Shown: in pieces, positions 18,391 through 26,951 of the stretch
Layout of the letters: each line of letters starts with the position of its first letter
Numbering within the stretch: the stretch's first letter is position 1
DNA from: Candidatus Bathyarchaeia archaeon
Lineage (GTDB): Archaea; Thermoproteota; Bathyarchaeia; Bathyarchaeales; Bathycorpusculaceae
Assembly (NCBI GenBank): GCA_050012255.1
Contig: JBEKHN010000020.1
Location: 1-35,087 of the forward strand
Direction: 5' to 3'
Length of the DNA stretch: 35,087 bases
Made by a program: the position numbers and the translations under genes
Notes under the pieces: model-generated
Database searches by the model: none
Seen by the model: the letters and a program-made list of their open reading frames with translations, nothing else
Told to the model about the DNA's origin: nothing

Positions 18391-19629
18391 CTAAGCTGTT
18401 CTGGCTGCGGCTCTTTCCAGTGCAGCGACGCCTGGAAGCTTCTTACCCATCAGAAACTCTATCAGCGCTCCACCGGCCGTGCTGACGTACGATATTTTCT
18501 TGCTCAACCCAAACTCTTCAATAGCCGATATCGTGTGCCCCCCTCCGGCCAGAGAAAACGCCTTAGAATTCGCGATCTCTTCAAGAATCCTTTTCGTTCC
18601 AAAACTGAACCTCTTGTTCTCGTAAACTCCCATCGGTCCGCTTATGACGATAGACTTCGCACTTCTTATGATCTTAGCGTAGTCATCAACCGTTTTTCTC
18701 CCGATATCGTAAGTCGAGTACTCTGTGGGCAGCTCGTTGACCGATATTTCTTTTCTTTTGCCATGCACTTCCACAGCCAAATCCTGCGGTGTTTTAATTC
18801 TGTCGGGGTATTTTCTGAAGAGCTCTTTTATGCCTAGTAAGAGGTTCATGAGCTCCTTTTTCTCCAGGAGGTCCATGTTGGGTTTGCCAAGATCTACACC
18901 TTTTGCCGCTAAGAACACTTGGCCCACGACTCCTCCTGTGAGCACGTTGTTCGCTATTTCCTTGTCCAGCACGTACTTGGAAATTTCAAGCGAGTCGTCC
19001 GCTTTGGCCCCTCCAAGTATGAAGATGCAAGGTTTTTCCGGGTTCTCCAACACCTTGCTGAGCGATTTCAGTTCTCTCTCCATTATGCGTCCTGCAACGC
19101 TCGGCAATACGGCTGTGAAGCCTACCATTGACACGTGTGCCCTGTGTGCAGCTGCGAAAGCATCGTTCACGAAAAGATCCGCCAGAGGAGCAAGGTTTTT
19201 GACAAGCTCCGTCTTCGCATGCTCTTCCGGCGATCCGTCTTTGGTTTCACCGGCAAACGTCCTCACGTTCTCCAGAACGAGAATTTCACCGCTCTTCAAG
19301 TTCTTTATGGCGGTCTTCGCTTTTTCTCCGAAAAGGTCATCAACATATTTGACTGGTTTCTTCAGGATTTTGCCGAGGATTTCAGCATGTTGCTTCAAGG
19401 GAATAAAATCCGGGTCTCCTTTGCGTCCCTGATGAGCCAGGATCACGACTTTTGCGCCCTTCTCTGCAAGCTCTTTTATCGTTGTTTCAGCATGAGCGCG
19501 AATCCTCGCGTCTTCCAAGATCTTCTGGGTCTTCGGGTCTATTGCCGAGTTGAAGTCAACCCTGACAAGTACGACTTTGTCCTTGACTTTCACATCATCC
19601 AACGTGAGGAACTTCGGCATCTTCTCCAA
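18391..19629 (-). CDS. pgk: Phosphoglycerate kinase (archaeal type)
   Basis: VRVDFN, AHQGR, LENVR, NDAFAAAHR, LGGAK, GGGHT, STAGGA; start may be the ATG at 19620. Confidence 0.98.
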   Translation of the reverse strand: MEKMPKFLTLDDVKVKDKVVLVRVDFNSAIDPKTQKILEDARIRAHAETTIKELAEKGAKVVILAHQGRKGDPDFIPLKQHAEILGKILKKPVKYVDDLFGEKAKTAIKNLKSGEILVLENVRTFAGETKDGSPEEHAKTELVKNLAPLADLFVNDAFAAAHRAHVSMVGFTAVLPSVAGRIMERELKSLSKVLENPEKPCIFILGGAKADDSLEISKYVLDKEIANNVLTGGVVGQVFLAAKGVDLGKPNMDLLEKKELMNLLLGIKELFRKYPDRIKTPQDLAVEVHGKRKEISVNELPTEYSTYDIGRKTVDDYAKIIRSAKSIVISGPMGVYENKRFSFGTKRILEEIANSKAFSLAGGGHTISAIEEFGLSKKISYVSTAGGALIEFLMGKKLPGVAALERAAARTA

Positions 19630-19687
19630 CTCCTAACAATAGGAAAAAATGGCGGAAAATGTTTGGATTTCACTCGTCAGGTTCGGG

Positions 19688-20713
19688 CTAGAAGCCTTCC
19701 TTTTTCCCGATCATCTCTATCTGTTCGACCATACGGCACGAGAAGCCCCATTCGTTGTCGTACCACGCGAGCACTTTGACGAAGTTCTTGTCGATGACCA
19801 TCGTTGACTGTGCGTCGAACACGGCTGAGTACGTGCTGTGAAGCACGTCTGATGAGACTATCGGGTCTTCCGTGTACTCTAGAATGCCTTTCAGATAGCC
19901 TTCAGCAGCTTTCTTGAACGCTGCGTTCACTGTTTCTTTTGTTGCTTCTTTCTTCAGCGACGCTGTCAAGTCTACGATTGAAACGTCCGGAATAGGTACT
20001 CGGAGGGCTATCCCGTCTATTTTTCCCTTAAGTTCGGGCATGATCTCGCCGATCGCGCGGGCGGCTCCGGTCGACGTGGGGATAATGTTCACTGCAGCGG
20101 CTCTGGCCCGTCTCAGATCCTTATGCACTAGGTCCTGTACTCTCTGGTCATTTGTGTACGCGTGGGCCGTCATCATGAACGCTCTCTCAACGCCGAAGTT
20201 ATCATGCAGCACTTTCGTGACGGGGCCAACACAGTTCGTCGTGCACGAGGCGTTCGAGACCAAATTGTGCTTCTGATGATCGTACGATTTGTCGTTGACG
20301 CCGATGACCATTGTAACGTCAGGGTTCGTCGCTGGAGCTGAAATCAGAACCTTCTTCGCTCCAGCGGCAAGGTGTTTCGATGCGCCTTCCCTGTCCGTGA
20401 AAAACCCTGTCGATTCTACGGCCAAGTAGATGCCTAAGTCTTTCCAAGGAAGCTGCGCCGGGTCTTTCTGCGCCAAGACCTTCAACAGTTTTCCGTTCAC
20501 CACGAGATCATTGCCTCTCACCTGCACGGTGCCGTTGAATCTCCCGTGAACTGAGTCGTACTTCAGCAGGTGTGCAAGCGTTTTCGCGTCCGTTATGTCA
20601 TTAACAGCGACAAAATCTATGTCCGCCTTTCTTTCAAGAGCCGCTCTGTAAAGCAGACGCCCTATTCTTCCAAAACCGTTTATAGCTGCTTTTACCGTCA
20701 TTTCCATCACCAT
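19688..20713 (-). CDS. gap: Type I (bacterial-type) glyceraldehyde-3-phosphate dehydrogenase
   Basis: INGFGRIGR, SNASCTTNC, WYDNEWGFS; likely start at 20701. Confidence 0.98.
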   Translation of the reverse strand: MVMEMTVKAAINGFGRIGRLLYRAALERKADIDFVAVNDITDAKTLAHLLKYDSVHGRFNGTVQVRGNDLVVNGKLLKVLAQKDPAQLPWKDLGIYLAVESTGFFTDREGASKHLAAGAKKVLISAPATNPDVTMVIGVNDKSYDHQKHNLVSNASCTTNCVGPVTKVLHDNFGVERAFMMTAHAYTNDQRVQDLVHKDLRRARAAAVNIIPTSTGAARAIGEIMPELKGKIDGIALRVPIPDVSIVDLTASLKKEATKETVNAAFKKAAEGYLKGILEYTEDPIVSSDVLHSTYSAVFDAQSTMVIDKNFVKVLAWYDNEWGFSCRMVEQIEMIGKKEGF

Positions 20714-20788
20714 AATCGCGTGCTTTTTGTTTAGGCATGCTCCTAATTAAGTTTCCGACTTGCTTTGCGACGAAGAAATGAGTCGTTG

Positions 20789-22135
20789 CTAACGGAGCTT
20801 CATCAGCACCATTTCTGCAGCCAGAACCATCGGCTCCCAAGTTTCACACAAGGGCGGTGCGTACGCAGTGTCTGCCTTCGAAAGGTCTTTCGCGGTCATT
20901 CCCCTCTGTATTGCCAGAGATATGGCGTTGATGCGTTGAGTGACTTCTTCTCCGCCGACGATCTGTGCGCCGATTATCCTCTGCGACTCTTTCTCCACGA
21001 CAAGCTTGACCTTTATCGGCAAGGCACCTGGATAGTAGTCAGCCTTGGTCTTTGAAGAAATAGTGCCAGAGACCACTTCTATACTTGCCTTTTTTGCGGC
21101 TGTTTCTGTCAACCCTGTCCAACCGCAGTCCGTGTCAAACAGCCTTGAAACAGCGGAACCCAAGGCACCTGTGAAGAGGGAGTATCCTCCTGCGGCGTTG
21201 ATGCCTGCCACTTTTCCCGTCCTCACCGCCACCGTGCCGAGCTGTGGCAGCACTGGTCTCTGCGTTGCTATGCCAAAGGTTTCTGCGCAGTCGCCTATCG
21301 CGTAGACGTCTTTGACGTTTGTTTCCATTCGCGCGTTTGTCCTGATGGCTTTGGTTTCACCCAAGGCTACGCCAGCGTTCACAGCGAGTTGCGTGTTTGA
21401 CCTCACCCCGAAGGCGCTCATGAACAGGTCTGCGTCAATCTGCTCTCCGCCTGCCATGATGCCTGTCACCCTGTCGGTTCCCAAGAACTCTTCGACGGTT
21501 TTTCCGGTGAGCACAGTTATTCCTTTTTGCTCAAGCAGGTCTTGAAGCATCTTCGCCATTTCAGCGTCAAGCGGGAGAGGCAGCACCTGGGGCAGCATCT
21601 CCACAACTGTTACTTTCAATCCTCTTTCGTGAAGTGCCACGGCCGTTTCAAGCCCGATCAAGCCTGCACCCATGACAACGGCGGTCTTTGCTCCTTTCTT
21701 GATCGCCTGATCAATCTTCTCGCCGTCGTCCAAGGTTCGGAGGGAACTCACACCCTGCTTCTCTCTGCCCTTTATCGGAGGCGTAAACGAGCTGGCGCCC
21801 GTGGCTATTATCAGGCTGTCATACTGTAATGTTTCAGTCTTGCCGTCCTTGTCGGTCGTGTCGACAGTCTTGTTTTGCGTGTTTACAACCGTGGCTTTCG
21901 TTTCGGTTTTGAGGTTGATCTTCATCATTTGAAAGTATGATGGGGAAAAAACTATCAGGTCATTGAAGCTTGGGATCTGGCCGCCTATGACGAAGGGCAG
22001 TCCGCAGCGCGAGTAACCAGCATGCTTTTCTTCAGTTATCATAGTTATTTCTGCTTGCCGGTCCGTTTTTCTGGCCGCTGAGGCAGCGTCCACGCCTGCT
22101 GCGTGTGCACCGATGATTACTATGCGCTTAGGCAT
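20789..22135 (-). CDS. NADH oxidase/CoA-disulfide reductase-family flavoprotein
   Basis: GAHAAG, single redox Cys in YSRCGLP, GAGLIG, YAIGD, YAPP. Confidence 0.9.
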   Translation of the reverse strand: MPKRIVIIGAHAAGVDAASAARKTDRQAEITMITEEKHAGYSRCGLPFVIGGQIPSFNDLIVFSPSYFQMMKINLKTETKATVVNTQNKTVDTTDKDGKTETLQYDSLIIATGASSFTPPIKGREKQGVSSLRTLDDGEKIDQAIKKGAKTAVVMGAGLIGLETAVALHERGLKVTVVEMLPQVLPLPLDAEMAKMLQDLLEQKGITVLTGKTVEEFLGTDRVTGIMAGGEQIDADLFMSAFGVRSNTQLAVNAGVALGETKAIRTNARMETNVKDVYAIGDCAETFGIATQRPVLPQLGTVAVRTGKVAGINAAGGYSLFTGALGSAVSRLFDTDCGWTGLTETAAKKASIEVVSGTISSKTKADYYPGALPIKVKLVVEKESQRIIGAQIVGGEEVTQRINAISLAIQRGMTAKDLSKADTAYAPPLCETWEPMVLAAEMVLMKLR

Positions 22136-22145
22136 TTGTGGTCCT

Positions 22146-22556
22146 TCATTTCTTCAGCGTCTTGTGCCATTCGACGGCTTGGTTGAAGTTCATAAGGTTG
22201 GCCAGCTCTGCTTGCAGGTTTGACGGCTTCATTATCATGAGCCAACCTTTCACGTACGGGTCTTCGTTCAACAGTTCAGGCTTCGACTGGACCTCCGTGT
22301 TCACTTCCTCTATCGTTCCGCTTACGGGCGCGACGAGGTCTGAGACGGCTTTGACCGACTCCACCGTGCCATAAGGCTCGTTCTGCTTCGTCGTCGTCCC
22401 AGGGCTCGGCAGCTCCGCGTAAACGATCTCCCTGAGCTGTTTCTGAGCGTAGTCTGTGACACCTACGCGCACCTTGTCACCTTCAACCTTGAGCCATTCG
22501 AATTCTTTTGTGTAGTATAGTCCTTCAGGAACTTCGTATCCTTCCACTTTCACCAT
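22146..22556 (-). CDS. gcvH: Glycine cleavage system H protein
   Basis: GVTDYAQ, VESVKAVSD (lipoyl-Lys), NEDPY..GW. Confidence 0.97.
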   Translation of the reverse strand: MVKVEGYEVPEGLYYTKEFEWLKVEGDKVRVGVTDYAQKQLREIVYAELPSPGTTTKQNEPYGTVESVKAVSDLVAPVSGTIEEVNTEVQSKPELLNEDPYVKGWLMIMKPSNLQAELANLMNFNQAVEWHKTLKK

Positions 22557-22632
22557 GTTTGTTCACCTTATTGCAGTGCTGTTACTCTTTCACATCATAG
22601 GTTTTAAGATTAACTGTTACGTTGGGCATAAC

Positions 22633-23284
22633 TTAATCCGAATCTGGAAATGCACGTGCTGCGTGCTCTTCGCTTCTTGAAACACGAATGACCCTCTTGG
22701 GCGTCACGATAATTGACACTTTTTCATCCTTCTCCTCAAAAGGAACATTTTGAACAACCTGCGTCTCGTGAACGGTCGTTATGACAGGCAGAGACCCAAA
22801 TTCTGTCCTCAAAGTTCGAATCTCCACGTCGCCGTATCCGCCTCCTTTGCCAAGCCTGTTCCCATCTAGATCGATTGCAACTGATCCCTCAACGATCAGG
22901 TCCGGCCTGGGCATCTGTTGAAGGTCCACGGTTTTTCCGAGACTGAATGCCCCTCTTATGGTGGAAGCATGACTTTCTGAGCCTCTGACCTTCGCTGGAT
23001 CAACCACGATGTAGCCGTGTTTCAGTTTCGGCGAGGCCATGACTAGCGACTTTCCATCTAAAAGCGCGTACTCTGATCTTCTGCTGAGCAAAATCCGGGT
23101 TGACAAAGACAACCTTCGCTTCTTTCCACTCTGTTAGAAGCCTAACATTCTGTGCAGCTTTGTCGGAGCATTCAAAGTTTGGCACGTGCCCAAAGCATGG
23201 AAGTGGAAACCTTGCAACACCTTCAGCTTCAAGTTTTCTCCATATTTCCTCTCGAAGAAGCCTCTTGGCTGTTCTAACATCCAT
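22633..23284 (-). pseudogene. 5-formyltetrahydrofolate cyclo-ligase, frameshifted
   Basis: N-half ...VNPDFAQQKIR and C-half EYALLDGK...RLGKGGGYGD lie in different frames; adding 2 nt (AG) near 23072 joins them. Confidence 0.85.
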
Positions 23285-23340
23285 GACTGTCTCACCTAGC
23301 ACCCAAAAACAATTGAAAAAGCGAATAGAAATGAACAGTT

Positions 23341-24543
23341 TTAGATTATTTGCAGGTCTTTTCCGATCTTTGCGAAGGCGCTGATGGCGAAATCTAAGTC
23401 GTTCCTCGTCAGGGCAGCGTTCATGATCGTTCTTATCCTAGACTTGTCCCGCGCAACCATCGGAAACACAATTGGCAAAGCAAACACTCCTTCCTCGAAG
23501 AGCCGTTGGCTCAGCTTCTTTGCCACGCCGCTTTCGCCCACGATAATCGGTGTGATCGGTGTTTGACTGTTGCCGATGTTGAAGCCCAGGTCCTTCATGG
23601 CTTTCTTGAAGTATGTGGTGTGGTCCCACAAGGTCTTCACGTGCTGTGGCTCTTTTTCTAAGACGTCAACAGCGGCTATGCAAGCGGCTGCAACCGCAGG
23701 CGGGTGTGACCCGCTGAGAAGCCAAGTCCGCGACTTGTTGTAGGCGAAGTTGAACAGGTCTTTAGAACCTGAAACGTGCCCGCCCACAACTCCGAAAGCC
23801 TTTGAGAAGGTGCCCATTTCCACGTGAACCAGGTCTCGCGTAAGCTTGAAGTGCGAGACGATACCTCTGCCGCCCTCGCCGAGCACGCCTTCGCCGTGAG
23901 CGTCATCAACGTAGACCATTGCGCCGTGTTCAGCGGCGGCCTCAGCTATTTTGTCAAGGGGAGCGATGTCACCGTCCATCGAGAAAACCCCATCAGTGAT
24001 GATCAGGATTCGCCTGTACGGCGGAGAATGCTTCTCCGCCTCATCCAAAACGCGTCGCAAGTCCTGCGGATCCGAATGCTTGTAAACCGCCCTCTCAGCG
24101 TGGGCCAGTCGGACACCGTCGATGATGCTGCCATGGTTAAGCTCATCACTTATTATCAGATCCTCTTTTCCGACGAGCTGAGGGATGAGACCTGCGTTGG
24201 CCGCGAAGCCCGTCTGATAAACAAGCGAAGCCTCCGCATGCTTGAATTTCGCAAGCCGATTCTCTAATTCAACGTGTATATCCATTGTTCCCGCTATGGG
24301 CCGAACTGAACCGGAGCCTGCACCATGAGTTTGAACAGCCTCTATCGCAGCTTCTTTCAGCTTCGGATGATTGCTAAGGCTCAGGTAATTGTTTGAACAG
24401 AACATCAAAACTTTTTTGCCGTCGACAACGCACCACGGCGTGCTAGGACCTTGCAGAACACGGATTTTCCAGTCAAGCTCGCTTTTCACCAACGCTTCGT
24501 ATTCTTCTCTCAGAAATGATGTGGGATCTCGCATATTCACCAT
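23341..24543 (-). CDS. kbl: Glycine C-acetyltransferase (2-amino-3-ketobutyrate CoA ligase)
   Basis: SNNYL, NHGSIIDG, DGVFSMDG, DDAHG, GTFSKAFG; adjacent to threonine dehydrogenase. Confidence 0.9.
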   Translation of the reverse strand: MVNMRDPTSFLREEYEALVKSELDWKIRVLQGPSTPWCVVDGKKVLMFCSNNYLSLSNHPKLKEAAIEAVQTHGAGSGSVRPIAGTMDIHVELENRLAKFKHAEASLVYQTGFAANAGLIPQLVGKEDLIISDELNHGSIIDGVRLAHAERAVYKHSDPQDLRRVLDEAEKHSPPYRRILIITDGVFSMDGDIAPLDKIAEAAAEHGAMVYVDDAHGEGVLGEGGRGIVSHFKLTRDLVHVEMGTFSKAFGVVGGHVSGSKDLFNFAYNKSRTWLLSGSHPPAVAAACIAAVDVLEKEPQHVKTLWDHTTYFKKAMKDLGFNIGNSQTPITPIIVGESGVAKKLSQRLFEEGVFALPIVFPMVARDKSRIRTIMNAALTRNDLDFAISAFAKIGKDLQII

Positions 24544-24598
24544 GCCTCTTTTCGTTTTATTTTTCCGATCCTTCTCTTAACTCTTTCTCGCTCGCAGG

Positions 24599-25561
24599 CT
24601 AGAGTCCGCCCTCAGCGAACCTTTTCGACAGCTTCTGCACCATATCCGTCGTCATCGTGGCCAGATTGTAGGATGGTCTCCAACCCCAGTCTTTGCGCGC
24701 TGCGCTGTCGTCGATCGACATGGGCCATGAGTCGGCGATTTTTTGTCTGAAGTCGGGCTTGTAGTCGCACCTGAAATCCGCAACGTGCTTTCTGATCTCT
24801 GCCGCCAGCTGGCCAGCCGAGAAGCTCATCCCCGCCACGTTGTAGCTGTCGTGACGCTTCACTCTTGAAGGGTCAGCTTCCATCAGATCTATGGTTGACT
24901 TGAGGCAGTCCGGCATGTACATCATCGGCAACACCGTGTCTTCCCTCACGAAGCACGTGTACCGTTTCTTCTTTACAGCCTCATAGAATATTTCCACTGC
25001 GTAGTCCGTTGTCCCTCCGCCTGGAGAAGTTTCGCTGCTTATTATGCCCGGGTACCTGACGCCTCTAACGTCCACGCCGTACTTGACGAAGTAATAGTTG
25101 CACAGGAGCTCACCAGCGACTTTTGTAACGCCGTACATCGTCCCCGGAATCATAACCGTTTCCTGAGGAGTGTCAGTGCGCGGAGCGGTGGGCCCGAAAA
25201 CTGCGATTGAGCTGGGCCAGAAAACCCTGGTTAAGCCGTGTTCCCTCGCGATTTCCAGCACATTGTAAAGACCACCCATGTTCAGGTTCCACGCAGCCTG
25301 AGGGTTCTGCTCCCCCGTAGCGGAAAGAACAGCCGCCAGATGATAAACAGTGTCAACACCATACTTCTTCACAACCGTCTCAAGGCTTTCCTTCTCACCA
25401 ACGTCGACAAACTCGAAGGGACCTGAACTAACGAGTTCATCGCTCGGCTTTCTCCTGTGACCGACAGCAACAACGTTGTCACCGCCGTATTTTTTCCGCA
25501 AGGCCAAGGTCAGTTCAGAACCGATTTGGCCTGTGGCGCCGGTCACAAGAAGCCTTTTCAT
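24599..25561 (-). CDS. tdh: L-threonine 3-dehydrogenase (SDR/epimerase type)
   Basis: GATGQIG, LSATGE, YGVTK, PGGGTTDYAV, LPMMYMPD, IADSWP; start taken at MKRLLVTG. Confidence 0.92.
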   Translation of the reverse strand: MKRLLVTGATGQIGSELTLALRKKYGGDNVVAVGHRRKPSDELVSSGPFEFVDVGEKESLETVVKKYGVDTVYHLAAVLSATGEQNPQAAWNLNMGGLYNVLEIAREHGLTRVFWPSSIAVFGPTAPRTDTPQETVMIPGTMYGVTKVAGELLCNYYFVKYGVDVRGVRYPGIISSETSPGGGTTDYAVEIFYEAVKKKRYTCFVREDTVLPMMYMPDCLKSTIDLMEADPSRVKRHDSYNVAGMSFSAGQLAAEIRKHVADFRCDYKPDFRQKIADSWPMSIDDSAARKDWGWRPSYNLATMTTDMVQKLSKRFAEGGL

Positions 25562-25769
25562 CCTTCTGCTCTGCACCTTAAACCCTCTCCGTCCGTGAGC
25601 AAAGGGTCTAGGATTTTGAAATATAAGAGTTTTCAGATTGAAAAACACTTTTCACGACGGTAAGATTCTCTGAATTTCCATGCACACGGTTAACCCAGTC
25701 TTTGAACTTTCTACCCCCATGAAAAATGGTTTATAGCTCACTCAGCAAATCTTGTTTTACTGATAAACG

Positions 25770-26888
25770 ATGCGTCTAGGCTTCATCGTGAACCCTATAG
25801 CAGGCATGGGTGGCAGAGTGGGCCTGAAAGGAACAGACGACGTGCTCGAAGAGGCGATAGCCAGAGGAGCTAAACCAGTTGCACCGAGCAGAGCAACCGA
25901 ATTTCTGAAGAAACTGAAACGTAACATGACGGAGAAGTCAGTTGAGATTACAACATGCCCAGGAATCATGGGCGAAGAAGAGGCAAGAGAGGCAGACTTC
26001 CACGTGCAAGTCTTGCCGATGAAAATTGGGAAAAAAACATCTGCTGAAGACACAAAGACCGCGGTTGACCTTCTTGCTGCGGCAAACGTTGACCTGATAG
26101 TCTTTGTGGGCGGCGACGGAACAGCTAAGGACATTCTAGACGCCATGCAAGGCTGCCGTCAGGTGCCAGTTCTAGGCGTCCCGTCTGGCGTAAAAATGTA
26201 CAGCGGCATCTTTGCCGTGAATCCCTCAGACGCCGTGGAAGTCGTTCTAGGGTATTCTCAAGGGCGAGCTGAAATCACTGAGCTGGAAGTTATGGATTCT
26301 GATGAAGAGGCTATACGCAGAGATGTCTTCGCTGTGAAGCTTCATGGCTTTTTGAAAGGGCCTTTTCTGCCAGCTCGCATAGCGGGAAGCAAGCAGGTGA
26401 GCCCTGAAACGGATGACGAGGCTGACAATCAGAGGGCGATAGCGCGGTTCATTTTGGAACAAGTGCCGAACGACGCAACGTGGATTCTCGGACCTGGGAC
26501 GACGGTTAAGCGACTCGCAGAGCTGCTTGGCGTCGAAAAAACGGTTCTAGGTGTGGATGTCTGCCACGACAAGAAGGCGATTCTTGACCTAGATGAGAAA
26601 GGAATCTTGAAAGAAGTCAAGGATTGGAAGAACGTTTGGATCGTTCTCTCACCAATCGGGCGTCAGGGTATTCTGCTTGGAAGAGGAAACCAACAGGTAA
26701 GCCCTGAGATAGTTAAACGCGTTGGAAAGGAAAGGCTGATCGTCGCGGCGACAAAGAGCAAGCTGCAGAACATTGAAGGAAACGTTTTGAGGGTCGACAC
26801 CGGTGACGCTGAAACGGACAAGATGCTCAAAGGGTACATCAAAGTCGTCACAGACTACAAAGAATGGAGGCTTATGCACGTTCGATAG
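25770..26888 (+). CDS. ATP-NAD kinase/AcoX-family protein
   Basis: NPIAGMGG, GGDGTAKD, GVKMYSG, GRGNQQ. Confidence 0.9.
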   Translation: MRLGFIVNPIAGMGGRVGLKGTDDVLEEAIARGAKPVAPSRATEFLKKLKRNMTEKSVEITTCPGIMGEEEAREADFHVQVLPMKIGKKTSAEDTKTAVDLLAAANVDLIVFVGGDGTAKDILDAMQGCRQVPVLGVPSGVKMYSGIFAVNPSDAVEVVLGYSQGRAEITELEVMDSDEEAIRRDVFAVKLHGFLKGPFLPARIAGSKQVSPETDDEADNQRAIARFILEQVPNDATWILGPGTTVKRLAELLGVEKTVLGVDVCHDKKAILDLDEKGILKEVKDWKNVWIVLSPIGRQGILLGRGNQQVSPEIVKRVGKERLIVAATKSKLQNIEGNVLRVDTGDAETDKMLKGYIKVVTDYKEWRLMHVR

Positions 26889-26951
26889 CACGCCTTGTTT
26901 TCTGAGGAAGACATAAGAAGCTGAGATAACCAGTAATGTAAATGATACTGC

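Noticed and set aside
18725-19779. Long plus-strand ORFs over pgk (also 30159-30908 over apgM)
   Set aside because: Antisense shadows of well-supported genes
20634-20738. Short ORF MPKQKARDY... after AGGAG
   Set aside because: RBS too close to the ATG and the ORF overlaps gap out of frame
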